From the human T2T-CHM13v2.0 reference genome, Homo sapiens: a stretch of DNA of 64,000 nucleotides. Position numbers and translations under genes: made by a program. The stretch lies in the NCBI RefSeq assembly GCF_009914755.1, contig NC_060936.1. The stretch is one strand, 5' to 3'. The notes under the pieces are model-generated. The model had not been told where the DNA came from. It searched no databases and worked only from the letters and a program-made list of their open reading frames with translations. Shown in pieces: positions 1 through 28,630 of the stretch. Position 1 is the first letter of the stretch; each line of letters starts with the position of its first letter.

Positions 1-2838
<2,838 letters not shown>

Positions 2839-3564
2839 ATATATATTTAAGATATATGTAAAATTTGATGATAGGTTGCATGTGGGGAATGAGAGAGAGA
2901 CAGAGAGAGAGGAAGGAAGAAAAGGAGTTAAGAATAACTCCAGGGGCCGGGCACAGTGGTTCACGCCTGTAATCCCAGTACTTTGGGAGGCCAAGGTGGG
3001 TGGATCACGAGGTCAGGAGTTTGAGATCAGCCTGGCCAAGATGGTGAAACCCCGTCTCTACTAAAAATACAAAAAAAATTAGCCAGGCGTGGTAGTGGGT
3101 GCCTGTAATCCCAGCTACTCGAGAGACTGAGGCAGAGAATTGCTTAAACCCGGGAGGCAGAGGATGCAGTGAGCTGAGGTCACCCCACTGCACTCCAGCC
3201 CGGGCGACAGAGCAAAACTCTGTCTCAAAAAACAAAAAAAAAGAAAAGAAGAAAAAGAACTCCAGGGCCAGGTATGCTGGCTTACATCTGTAATCCCCGC
3301 ACTTTGGGAAGCCGAGGCAGGAGGATCACTTGAGCCTGGGAGTTTGAGACCAGCTTGGGCAACACAGGGAGACCCCATCTCTACAAATGATAAAAATATT
3401 ACCCAGGGCTGGACACAGTGGCTCACACCAGCAATCCCAGAACTTTGGGAGGCCAAGGTGGGTGGAGACCTCGTCTCTACAAAAAATAAAAAATAAAAAT
3501 AAAAAGGACTCTCAACTTTTGGACCTAAGTAATGGGAAAAATGGAGATTCGAAGGGAAAAATCC

Positions 3565-7867
<4,303 letters not shown>

Positions 7868-7888
7868 CTACAAATAATAAAAATATTA

Positions 7889-8380
<492 letters not shown>

Positions 8381-9393
8381 TCAAACATTGAGATTCTGAG
8401 CAAAAGATGCTGTCTGGGTCCAAGTGAAAGATGATGGTGGCTTGGAAAAGGGAACAGCGTTGAAAAACTGTACAAGATGGTCACAGGTTAGAAGTGGGAG
8501 GTGAAGGGATGGGAGGAATTGATGCAGTGGCTAAGTTCCTGGTCTGGACATCTCAGCAACTTGAGCAGGGGGACAGGACCAGGACTCAGAGAAAAGAGTA
8601 TAAGTTTGGTTTTAAATATGCGGAGAGACCCATTACATGTGAAACAGCCAAAATCACCTCTTCTAGGAAGGCCTCCTTGACTACCTGCTCTATGGCCACC
8701 CCCATCATTGCCAACCCTTGCTGATTTCATTTTCTCCACAGCTCTCATCACCGCCTGAGAAGTTTCTTGTCTGTTTATCTGTTTGGTGTCCATAAACACA
8801 GGAATCTTTATCTTCTTGCCCACCACCAGATCTCCAACACCTGTCTCCATACCTAGCACACAGTAGGTGCTCAGTAAATGCTTGTGGGATGAATGGAGCG
8901 CCACCTCTGGGATGTAATCTCCATGAAAGCTGAGGCTTTTGTTCTAGCACTGCCATGTTCCCAGCATGTGGCACACACCAGATCTTCGCTAAGTGCTTGT
9001 TAGACGAAGAGAGTACCCACAAAAAGACAGTCCCACCTTCTCATGTGAAGGCAGGCTCCCAGGCCAGCCCTGGCTATGGATGTTCTAGCAGGGTAGGGTT
9101 TCCCACTGAGCTTCCCACACCCTGTCCCCTTCCCCAAGGCCTCTTATCCACTTCCACCATGCTGTCAGCAAACTCAGATCCCATACTTTGTGTGTGCCTC
9201 ACATTTCACAGGTCTGCCCTGGCTCAATGCGTTGTTGGTCACAGTCGGAGAGAAGGTCCCTGAGCCTTTGACCCACGGCATGGGGAAATGAATGCCTGGT
9301 CAGGTCAGGGACTCTTGGTTGTGTGATCCTGGGGAAGCTCCTCCCTGCTCTGGGCTTCACTCTTTTCAGGGAGACAGGGCTTGTGGACCTTGG

Positions 9394-9420
9394 AGAGTAG
9401 ATATGTGGTGCCCCCAGAAA

Positions 9421-9457
<37 letters not shown>

Positions 9458-9581
9458 TCTTCCATGGAAGGCATATTGCCCATTAGAATAGATGTGTGGT
9501 GCCCCCAGAAAGACACACACACACACACATACACACACACACACACAAACACACTCTTCCATGGAAGGCATATTGCCCATT
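9394..9581. repeat. Two-copy ~92-bp tandem duplication, each copy containing a (CA)n tract
   Basis: The unit aga(g/a)tagat(a/g)tgtggtgcccccagaaaga-(CA)n-ctcttccatggaaggcatattgcccatt occurs at 9394-9484 and 9485-9581. Confidence 0.9.
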
Positions 9582-10150
9582 CCCTCTGCCTGGGCAATCA
9601 GAACGGTCTGTGCCCCTGGCTATGATGAGGGGTTCAAGGATAGACATGTGACCCATGCCTGGCCAGCCAGGCTCAGACCTGAGACCCTGTTAAGTGGGAG
9701 GAGCAACACCTGCCCCGATGGGACAGAGCCTGCCTGATAGTGAAGCCAGTGCAGAGGGAAGATGTGGAGGGAGAAGGCTACCAGGCAGCATCAGTGGAGC
9801 CCCTGGATTCCGGGCCAGCACTAATGCTGGCATCATTCCCAGGGCAGGAAGGGCAAGGTGGAGTATCCCCAAGTCTAGACGTTCACCAGGAAAGGAAAAT
9901 GCCAGGCATATGGACATATGGGCCTTGATGTGGGTGAAATTCCAGGGGGCCTGCGAATCTTGGTTCTCAGAGCCCCTCATGCTGGAGTCAAAGGTTGACC
10001 TGGGTGAAGGAGGCAGACATCAGAAAGCATGAGCCTGGCTTTTTTTTTTTTTTTTGGTGGGGGGTTGCGGGGGGTTCCTTTTATTCATTATTTTAATTGA
10101 GGGAAAATTCACAAAACAAAAAGTTAACCATTTTAAAGTGAATAATTTAG

Positions 10151-15368
<5,218 letters not shown>

Positions 15369-15653
15369 TTAGTACACTCACAACATTATGAAGGTACCAC
15401 CTCTATCAAGTTCCAAAACTTTTATTTTTCCTTTTTACTTTGATAATTGGAAGCATTGATCATTCCAAAACATTTTTATCACCCCAAAAGGAAAAGCCCT
15501 GTATCCATTAAGCAGTCACTCCCCATTGCCCCTCCCCCCAGCCCCTGGCAACCAGCCATCTGCTCTCTGTCTCTATGGGTTTCCCTATTCCGGACATTTC
15601 ATATGAATGGAATCAACACTACGTGTTTCTTTGTGACTGGCTTTGTCTCTTAG

Positions 15654-15980
<327 letters not shown>

Positions 15981-16794
15981 TGACCTCAAGTGATCCACCC
16001 ACCTTGGCCTCTCAAAGTGCTGGAATTACAGGTGTGAGCCACTGCAACTGGCCAGATATGCCACCTTTGGTTTATCCATCCATCCATCCATTGAGGACCG
16101 CAGGGTGTCTCCGTTTGGGCTACTGTGAACACCCAGGCATCTTTGTGGCTGGGAACAGGAGAGGTGTGGAGAGCAGACAGTGAGTCAGAAGAACTAAAAA
16201 GGGAAATTTGGGAACTAGAACTGGGCTTTGGCCACCGAGATCAAGTCCTGATTTTACCTCCAAACCGTGTCTTGAATCCATCACTTCTCCATCTCTGCCA
16301 CCACTTCCCCATCCCAGGCCACCACTATCTCTCCCCAGGTCGGTTACTGCAGCCTCCCTTCCGGCCTCCCTTCTGCCACTCCCAACTCCCTCATCCCCAG
16401 GGTTCATTCTCCACTGAGCAGCCGAGGGATCCTCTTAGAACTTTCATGAAATCAAGTCATGGCACCCTCTTGCCCAAAGCCTTTCCATGGCTCCCCATGG
16501 CCTTGGGAGCAAGTCCAGACTCCATCCCATGGGTGACAAGGCCCTCCTTATCCTGGCTGCTGGCTACCCCTCAAGCCTCTTCACACATGGTTTACTCTCC
16601 TCACGCTTCGCTGCAGCTGCCTGGCCTCCCTCTCTTCCCAGAGTGCGCCAGGCTCCAGGCCCTTGCATGTGCTGGTCCCCTTCCCAGGAGGCTTCCTCCT
16701 TCACTCAGCCACCCCTCATCCTTTAAGTGTTCACTCAGCCATTGCCTCTTCCAGGAAGGTCTGTGACCCCAACCCTTCCCCTCCCGCTAAGTCA

Positions 16795-17067
<273 letters not shown>

Positions 17068-18621
17068 TCAGGAGGCTGAGGTGGAAGAATCACTTGAACC
17101 TAGGAGGCAGAGGTTGCAGTGAGCTGAGATCATGACACTCCACACCAGCCTGGGTGACAGAACAAGACTCTATCAAAAAAATTAATTAAACAATTAATTA
17201 AATGGTTAGTTTTGCAGGGCATGGTGGTTCACACCTGTACACTGGGCTTTTTTTTTTTTTTTTTTTGGAGTCCCACTATTCAGAGGCTGAGGCAGGAGGA
17301 TCACTTGAGCCTGGGAGGCCGAGGCTACAGTGAGCCATGATCCTGCCACCACCACACTCCAGCCTAGGTGACAGAGCAAGACTCTGTCTCTAAATAAATA
17401 AATAAATAAATAAAATGGTTAGTTTTGCTGGGCGCAGTGGCTCACACCTGTAGTCCCAGCCTCTTGGGAGGCTAAGGCAGAAGAATCACTTGAGCCCAGG
17501 AGTTCAAGACAATCCTGGGCAACATAGCAAGATTCCATCTCTATGTAAAAAAAAAAAAAAATAGTTTTATGTTATAGGAACTTCACCTCATTTAACTTAT
17601 TATTTTTTTAAAGACAGACAAGACAAGTGCCCCTGCCCTTCCTGACCAGAGGGGAAAATAAGTAAATAACATTCGTACAGTCCATGAATTGAAGTTAAGA
17701 GCCCAGGAGAAAAATAAGCAGGGCAAGAGGATATGAATTGTTCATGAGGATGGGTTGCAGGGCTTGTCATTTTACTAGGAGGGGACCGAGGAAGGCCTCC
17801 TTGAGAAGGCAGCCTTTGAGCAAAGACCTGAAGGAAATAAGGGCACAAACCATGCAGATGGCCAGGGAACAGCGTTGTTGGCAGAGGGAACAGCACATGC
17901 AGAGGCCCGCAGGCAGGAGGCCATGTGGCTGCAGCAGAGAGGAGGGGAGAGGAGAGATGACATCATGGAGGCCTGTGGGCTTTTCTCAGGAGGTTGGGAA
18001 GATGTGGCAGGACCCACAAAGGAAATGAGAAGATACAGCCAGTGACATAGGAGAAAAACCAGGAGAAGCCAATTGCAGGTCACGTATCTGGGCTTGATAA
18101 CTATGGATGTACCCTTGGCGGGCTTCTCCCCACATTGGAAGGCAGGTCCAGGAAGGCAGGGGGTTTGGTCTGCCTTGTTCACCGCTGTGTCTCAGCACCT
18201 GGCAGTGCCCAGGACATAGCAGGTGCTTGGTGACGAGGATATGAGTCAGTGGCTGACCTGGTGTCCCCTGGCCCCGCTGTTTGGCATCCAGATCTCAGTC
18301 TCTGGACTGATGGCAGTGATGCCCCTCTTCACCTAGCCACCAGCAGGGGCAGATGGTGGTCCAGGTGGGATCTGAGGCGGAGCTTCCTTCCACCATGGCC
18401 ACCCCACCCAAGAAGTGGGCTGAGCCAGCCACCCACAAGAGGGAACCGAAATCATCCTCCACCACAAACACGCTGGCCTGGCTCCACACTGGGCAGGACA
18501 TGGAGGAAGGGGGAGCGATAGTGAGGGCCAGAGTCCCTCCACTTCAAGGGTCCCCTTCCCCTGGTATATACATGGGAAAAAGGAGACACCAGCCAAGGGC
18601 TGGGTTGCTGTGTGTGAGTGA

Positions 18622-18876
<255 letters not shown>

Positions 18877-19715
18877 TGACTAATTTTTTTTGTATTTTTA
18901 GTAGAGACAAGGTTTCGCCATATTGCCCAAGTTGGTCTCAAACTCCTGAGCTCAGGCAATCTGCCCACCTCGGCCTCCCAAAGTGCTGGGATTACAGGTG
19001 TGAGCCACCACACCTGGCAAGTGCAGGATTTATGAGTCCTGCTTTAAAAGGTGGCACATGAGACATGGTGGCTCTCACCTGTAATCCCAGCAGTTTGGGA
19101 GGCTGAGGCGGGAGGAATGCTTCAGGCCAGGAATTCAAGACTAGCCAGGGCAATATAGCAAGACTCCCTCTCTACAAAAAATAAAAATAAAAATTAGCTG
19201 GCCGTGGTGGCATTCACCTGTACTCCCAGTTACTTGGGGGACTGAGGCAGGAAGATCACTCAAGCCTGGAAGGTCGAGGCTGCGGTGAGTGATCACGCCA
19301 CTGCATTCCAGGCTGGGCGACAGAGCAAGACCCTGCCTCAAACAAACAAACAAAAAAAGCTGGCATTGGCAACTTCTCCCTTTATCCTTTTGTCCCTCCT
19401 TTAAGGGAGCCTCTCATTTCCCCCCAGACCCCTGCCACAGACACCCAAATTCCTGGACATTTTCTCCCAAGGGGCAATTTCAATTTCTAAATTTCACCTG
19501 CTCAAAGCAACGAAGAGGTATTGCCTGGGGCCGGGGCTGTGTTTATTTGACATGGTGCCTCACTGTGAATCCTCAACCCAAAGCTCCGAGATGGTGAGTG
19601 AGGCACCAGTGTTCTCACAGGAAGAGGCAGAGCGGGTGCTAGCCTACTGGTCACCAAAGCTGGTGTTCCTTTTTTTTTTTTTTTTTTTAGACAGAATTTT
19701 GCTCTTGTTGCCTAG

Positions 19716-19820
<105 letters not shown>

Positions 19821-20096
19821 TAACCACCTAGCACTCTCCACTTCAAATCCAAAAAATCCTATCCAAGTACTGCTTTAGCAAAACCCACAACCAACCAACT
19901 CCCGCCCAGAAACCCAGAATGGCTGCCTTCTGTAGATAGATTTCGTGGGATTTATTTTCCTTCTGGCTCTTCAGGGTCAGGAGCTGAAGGGAGGTGAGGC
20001 TGGCAGGCATGGTTCCTGAGTCGCATCCAGGATTGCAGAAGAGCAGAGGAGGTCTTTCATTTGCCGGTGAAGCCCCAGACTCATAAAGCAACTTGT

Positions 20097-20261
20097 GCTG
20101 GGCGTGGTGGTCCGCACCTGCAGTCCCATCTACTCGGGAGGCTGAGGCGGGAGGATCGCTTGAGGCCAGGAGTTCAAGGCTGTAGTGCGCTATGATCGTG
20201 CCTGTGAATAGCCACTGCGCTGCAGCCTGGGCAACACAGCGAGACTGTCTCTTAAAAAAAA
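20097..20261 (+). mobile_element. FAM (fossil Alu monomer, 7SL-derived)
   Basis: Diagnostic gctgtagtgcgctatgatcgtgcctgtgaatagccactgc. The target duplication aaagcaacttgt flanks the FAM plus the adjacent antisense Alu (20085-20096 and 20576-20587). Confidence 0.85.
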
Positions 20262-20555
20262 TTTTTTTTTTTTTGAGGCGGAGTCTCACTCTTTCGCCCA
20301 GGCTGGAGTGCAGTGGCGCGATCTCGGCTCACTGCAAACTCCGCCTCCCTGGTTCACGCCATTCTCCTGCCTGAGCCTCCTGAGTAGCCGGGACTACAGG
20401 CGCCCGCCACCACGCCTGGCTAATTTTTTGTATTTTTAGTAGAGACGGGGTTTCACCGTGTTAGCCAAGATGGTCTCGATCTCCTGACCTCGTGATCCAC
20501 CCGCCTCGGGCCCCCAAAGTGCTGGGATTACAGGCGTGAGCCACCACGCCCAGCC
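20262..20555 (-). mobile_element. AluY-like element inserted tail-to-tail into the FAM A-tail
   Basis: CpG-rich antisense Alu with AluY-type features (ggttcacgccattctcc, gatggtctcgatctcctgacctcgtgatcc). Confidence 0.85.
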
Positions 20556-20815
20556 AAAATTTTTAAAAATAGTAAAAAGCAACTTGTAACCATGCATTAG
20601 GCTGGAAATTAATGGGTTTAATATGCATGAGTGGGTTCTAATCCCCACTCTGCCATTTGCAAACTGTGTGTCCTTCAGCAAGTCACTTTACCTCTCTGTG
20701 CCTTGGCCTCCTCATCTGTAAAACAGGGGAAACAGACTGGGCGCGGTGACTCACGCCTGTAATCCCAGCACTTTGGGAGGCTGAAGCGGGTGGATCACCT
20801 GAGGTCAGGAGTTCA

Positions 20816-21049
<234 letters not shown>

Positions 21050-21792
21050 TTACCGAGCACTTGAGGGTTTTGCTTCTTACCATGACACTGATAATTAGGA
21101 AAGACTTTACTATCTCTATTTTAAACATAAAGAAACCAAACAGAGAGGTGACGCGGCTTGCCTGAAGTCACACAGCGAGCAAGTAAACCCGAGCTTAGAA
21201 TCTGAGTAGCTGTGCAACCTTGGGCAAGTCACTTCACCTCTGTGAGCCTCAGTTTCCTCATCTGGAAAATGGAGATGATAAGGGTTGTTAGAAGAATTCA
21301 GTGAGCTTCATGGCCCATGAACTTGTCACTCTGTATTTAAGGGTATTTAACTTGTCACTTTGTATTTAAGGATTCACTTTCCAACTGCCTGTCTACCATG
21401 AGAACAAACACCATGTCTGCTGTGTTCCCCACTGTATCCCCAGTGCCTGGAGAAGTCCTAGCACATAGTAGGGGCTCAACAAATCTCAAGTTGAGGGGCA
21501 GTGTATTCTCTTGACCTTATGGGGCCCTAACTCCTCTCAGCCTTCCTCTGCTGCCTGGTGCTGCAAACGTCCAACCCCAGGGCCATTCCAGTCAACCCAA
21601 TAGATGCAAACAGGACCATCCCAGTCTCCTGTTTCAGGTATGAGGAGCCCACAAAGCACATTTGGGTGTTATGATTGCTAGGAGGACCCAGTGCTGTTCT
21701 CTGGCCATTGCCAAGTGGCTAAAAGCTGCACACAAACAGGCTTCAGCCAAAAAGAAATGACTGACTTACAGAGCTGAGAAGTCCAAGAGTGA

Positions 21793-22062
<270 letters not shown>

Positions 22063-22908
22063 TAGTAGAAATGGGGTTTCACCATGTTGGCCAGGCTGGT
22101 CTCGAACTCCTGACCTCAAGTGATCCGCCTGCCTTGACCTCCCAAAGTGCTAAGATTACAGGCATTGAGCCGCCGTGCCCAGCCCAAATGAGGTATTTTC
22201 TTATCCGACTGTGCTGTTAAAGACTGGAATTGAGGCTCATTGGCCCTGCCCACCCTTGAACCAGTCACTGGGGCATGGGAGGGAGGGTTAGCCCCAGAGA
22301 ACATCTTGAACTCCGACTGGATGGAAAATCAGGTGCTTCTACCAGCACAAGGGGAAGTCAGGCAGCCACAGCCCATGTCCACTTCGACTTCGGCCTCACG
22401 GTGAGTGGCTTCCAGCAGGGAAACGCAGGGTCAGCTGCGCTCCCCACCCTCCAGCCCCACCCTCCGCTTTCTACTTCTGCTTCTAACAGTGTTGCCAAAT
22501 ACTCCCCTCTCTCCTCTCCTCCTTTCTATGGCCCTGTGGCCCCAGTTGCCTCAGAGACATGAAGTGACTTCCCCCAAGGTCACACAGCAGGTCTATGTGG
22601 CAGAGCCCTGAGGCGCACCCAGGCAGCTGGCCCCAGTGTCCTGCTCTTGACCCAAGAATAAGCTCAAGCCCACCCCTGTCTGAGTTCTGAAAGGAAGTAA
22701 CTCAGGTGCCTGAGGCTCTGAAGATAATCCCTTTCCATCTGGGTGACTGATGGTCTGGTCTGATAGGCCTGAGAACCCCACAGAGGGCAGAGGAAAGTGC
22801 AGCTCCTTGCACCTTGCACCCTGCTTGCTGGCTTGGGGCACTCTCCTGGCTCGGGGCCCTTCCGGCCATGACCTCAACTCCTGCCTCCCTCTCTGGCACC
22901 CTCTTTTC

Positions 22909-23036
<128 letters not shown>

Positions 23037-23838
23037 GGGTTTCATCATGTCGCCCAGGCTAGTCTCAAACTCGTGAGTTCAAGCGATCTGCCCGCCTTGG
23101 CCTCCCAAAGTGCTGGGACTACAGACGTGAGCCACCACACCCAGTGCCCTCTGACACCTTCTGCCCCTCTCTGAGCATCTTGACATCTTACACCCCAGAG
23201 AGGCCCTGCTTGCTGCCTCCTCCAGTGCAGAGGGCACAGGTGGACAAGCTCCAGGGGCGGGCACCCCCATGCCTTTCTGCAGCCTCAGGCCCTGCCCAAG
23301 TCCCCTTGGGCTGGCAAGGGGCTCAGGAGGCCTCAAGTTGGTGATCTAGAACCAGGAAGCCACCCTGGCTGATTTGCAGGCGAGAAGTGGCCCGTACATA
23401 TGTCACCTCCTCTGTGGGAGCAGCCCCAGCCTCTGCCAGGTTCTGGGGGTGTGGGAGAAGAACTTCCCAGCCTCTGCCGCACATCTGCATCTTGAGGTCA
23501 AGATCACCTGGGCAACAGGATGGGAGATGGAGGATGGGGGTGGGGTGGGGGGATAGGGCTGAAGGAATAGAGAGGGCAGGGTGCATCCTAACACCTTTTT
23601 CCACATTAAAAAATTTAAGGTGAAAGTCACATAACAAAATGAATTAATTAATTTTAGTTAGTGAATTAACTAAATTTATTCATTTACTTAGAGACAGAAT
23701 CTTGCTGTGTCACCCAGGCTGGAGTGCAGGGGCAGGATCACCGCTCACTGCAGCCTCAAACTCCTGGACTCAAGTGATCCTCCCACCACAGCGCCTCCTG
23801 AGTAGCTGAGACTACAGGCGCATTCTACCTTGCCCGAA

Positions 23839-23872
<34 letters not shown>

Positions 23873-24504
23873 TTATTTTGTAGAGATATGAGTCTCACTA
23901 TGTTGCTTAGGCTGGTCTCTTAACTCCAGGGCTCAAGTAGTCCTCCCACCTTGGCCTCCCCAAATGCTGGAATTACAGGTTTGAGCTACCGCACCCGGCC
24001 TCATGAAGTAACTAAATTTAGTACATTCACAGTGTTGTGCCACCATCATTTATCTCAGTCTAGATCCAGAACATTTCATCACCCCTAAAGGAAACCCCAT
24101 ACTCATTAGAAGTTACTTCCTATTCCCGCTGCCCATAGCCCATGGCAACCACTGGTCTACTTTCTGTCTCTAGGGGTTTACCTATTCTATATACTTTACA
24201 TAAGCAGAATCACACAATATTTGTCCGTTTATGACTGGCTTATTTCACTTAGCATGATGCTTCCAAGTTTCATCCACATTGTAGCATATATCAATGCTTC
24301 GGTCCTTTTTATGGCTGTGTAATATTCCATTGTATAGATAGCATTGTCTTGATTCATTCATCCCCTGGTGGGCACATGAGTTGTTTCTATCTTTTGCCTA
24401 TTGTGAATGGCACTGCTATGAACATTCATGTACAAGTATCTGTCTGAGTGCCTGTTTTCAATTCTTTTGCCTCTGTACTTTAGCTAACATTTTTGTTTGT
24501 TTAG

Positions 24505-24936
<432 letters not shown>

Positions 24937-25046
24937 TGATGCTTCTTTTAATGTAGATTAAATGAGGCGGGTAGGATTAAGCTGTTCTTAGTAATCCACT
25001 CCTCATTGTAAAAGAAAGACCTGAGAACAGGTTTAGCTAGTAATAG

Positions 25047-25463
<417 letters not shown>

Positions 25464-25589
25464 TAAGCTGTCCCCAAACCCGTGTACTCAACGTTGATGG
25501 CTACTCGATGGTGGCTGAGAGGCATCCAACCTGGAGCCTGGGAAGCTTCCAGGAAGGCTTGGGGGGAATCCAAGAGGAAGGTTCTTTGC

Positions 25590-26030
25590 GGGAGAAAGAG
25601 TGAGGCAGGGGAGTTTAGGAGGCCGCTTCCCAGCCCTCGATCGCCCCACAGCCACCAGGGGGCGCCAGAGCCCCGCGCAAAGCGGCTGCCACCAAGTGGC
25701 TGCCACCGCGCGTTACCACCCTCAGGGCCTGATGCCTGGGACTGCGGCCAAGTCCCGGCCCCAGGAGCTCGCGTGCCCCACGTTGATCCCGGGTCACGGG
25801 TGGGGACGGCTGGGGTAACTGGGTTGTACGTCCTCTGCGGAGCTATTAGGGACTCTAATTACCGGGATTGGAAGTGAATAATTATCTACTGGGCCTCAGG
25901 CTACTGAGTCACTTCCCCCAGAAACCAGATTCCCCAGGCTAGCGGAAGAGGGGGCGGCTCGCAGGCTGAGGTTGGGGCGGGGGAAGGTGGAAGCGGGGGT
26001 CTGGGGTTGGGGTGCGCGGCCGCCGCTGTT
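25590..26030. promoter_or_regulatory. Small CpG-rich element with consensus CTCF site (25652-25667)
   Basis: CCACCAGGGGGCGCCA matches the CTCF core. Local CpG density is high, and there is an AP-1 TGAGTCA at ~25905 and GC boxes. Confidence 0.7.
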
Positions 26031-26341
26031 TTTGGTCAAGATCAGAACTGGGGAGCCTGGGTGTAAATCGCTGCTGGGCCACTTACCAGCCACGTGAATT
26101 GGGGAAGTCACTTCACCTTTCGTGCCTCAGTTTCCTTTCTGTCAAATGGGGGAAAACAACATTCTCTCCTTACAGTTGTTGGGCAAAGTAAATTGTAATC
26201 TACCTAAACTAAGCCCTCAGAGTAGTCCCTGGCACATAATCCTCTAATAATTCATTAATCACTCAGAATTATTAATTAGGCCGGGCGAGGTGCCTCACGT
26301 TTATAATCCCAGCACTTTGGGAGGCCGAGGCGGGCGGATCA

Positions 26342-26602
<261 letters not shown>

Positions 26603-26644
26603 TTAATCATTAATCATTGGGCCGGGTGTGGTGGCTGATGCCTA

Positions 26645-26910
<266 letters not shown>

Positions 26911-27548
26911 TCATTAACCATTAATTCAGAATCATTAATTCTGTTATTATTACCATTTTTTATCACTTGGGCTCAGTAAGTGATTAAGAGGTAGGGCACT
27001 ACAGTGAGGCCAGTCTTTAGTCCACACCAGCTGCTTCATTGCCAGTCGTGTGACATGGACATGTCACTTCACTGCCCTGTGCCTCAGTTCCTTCATCTGA
27101 CAAATGGGAAAATGAATAGCAAACCGTTCATTTGGGGTGGAAGAGATAAGGCCTGTGATGTTCTCAGTGTGGCGCACGCTTCCATAAATGGAGTCCAGAT
27201 TGTAAATACTGTTCATGCTTTTCTTAGGGAAGGACTTGTGGCAATTTTAGCTTCTAAGGCACTGGGAGGACAGAAAACAGAACTGAATCCAAGGGAAGGA
27301 AGCACAGGGAGAGATGACATCAGGCACTTGAGCTCAGCAGATCAGACCCTGAGCCCAGGAATCGGCCTTGGGAGTTCTGCCCACCCAGGCAAAAAGGGAA
27401 GAACCCAGTAATGTAATTATTTTCTGGCCTGGGGCAGATGTGTATTGACCAAGGGGGACCATTTCCTGAGCCCTCTTGGTCTCTGTTGGACCCTAATGGG
27501 TGGGAAAAGGGTTGGTTGGACCTCACCCCCCCAAGGTTTCTTGAGCTC

Positions 27549-28630
27549 TGTGTTAATTATTGATTGCTGGGTAACAAATTACTCCTGCATTTACTGGCTT
27601 AAAACAGCAAACCTTTATTATCTCATATGGTTTTAGGAATTCACATGCAATCTGACTTAGCTTGTAGTTCAGGGTCTCTCACTCCTGAGATGGTAGTCCG
27701 AAACATGGGCTGGTGGCACGCACATGCAGTTGCAGCTATTTGAGAGGCCGAGACAGGAGGATTGTTTGAGCCTAGAAGTTCAAGGCTATAGATCGTGCTA
27801 TATGATCGTGCCTGTGAATAGCCATTGCATTCCAGTCTGGGCAATGAAACAAGACCCCGTCTTTTAAATAAACAAACAAACAAAAATGGGTTAGGACTGT
27901 TCTCATCTGGGGTCCAACTGGGGCTGGATGATTCACTTCCAGGATAGTTGGAAGTGATGGTTTCAGTCCTGGCTGTTGCCAGGAGGTCTCTGTTCCTTGC
28001 TGGCTGGTGGCAGGAAGCCTCAGTTCCTCTTCACACGGACCTCCATAAAGCTACTTGGGTGTCCTTAAGACACGGTGGCTGGCTTCTCCCAGAGTGGATG
28101 GCTCAAGAGAGTACAAGGAGAAGCCTAAATGCTTCTTATGACTCAGTCTCAGAAGTCACACAGCGTCACTTCCACTTTAGTCTCTGTTAGAAATGACTCA
28201 TTAAGGCCAGGTGTGGGGGCTCACGCCTGTAATCCCAGCACTTTGGGAGGCCGAGGCGAGCGGATCACGAGGTCAGGAGATCAAGACCATCCTGGCTAAC
28301 ACAGTGAAACCCTGTTTCTACTAAAAATACAAAAAATTAGCTGGGCGTGGTGGCTCGTGCCTATAGTCCCAGCTACTCAGGAGGCGGAGGTTGCAGTGAG
28401 CCGAGATCGCACCACTGCAGTCCAGCCTGGGTGACAGAGCAAGACTCTGTCAGAAAGAAAGAAAGAAGGAAAGGAAGGAAGGAAGAAAGGAAGGAAGGAA
28501 GGAAGGAAGGAAGGAAGGAAGGAAGGAAAGGAAGGAAGGAAGGAGTCATTAAGTCCAGCCCACACTCAAGGGCAGGGGAATCAGGTTCCACCTTTTCAAG
28601 GGAGGTATGTCAAAGAAGTGTGGACTGTTT
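27549..28630. mobile_element. MLT1-type MaLR LTR interrupted by a FAM (~27705-27885) and an Alu (~28205-28545)
   Basis: tgttaattattgattgctgggtaacaaattac...ggcttaaaacagcaaac..ttattatctca and ...gaagtcacacagcgtcacttccac...aagtccagcccacactcaaggg are typical MLT1 LTR segments. Confidence 0.6.
28453..28545 (+). repeat. (GAAA)/(GGAA)n microsatellite derived from an Alu tail, 10 consecutive GGAA at 28489-28528
   Basis: Direct reading. Confidence 0.9.

Noticed and set aside
20097-20261. 7SL RNA gene
   Set aside because: Lacks the S domain; matches the FAM monomer.
21320-21371. Short 23-bp direct repeat (similar 21-bp pair at ~49331-49370)
   Set aside because: Two-copy slippage duplications in old repeats; not an array and no spacer structure.
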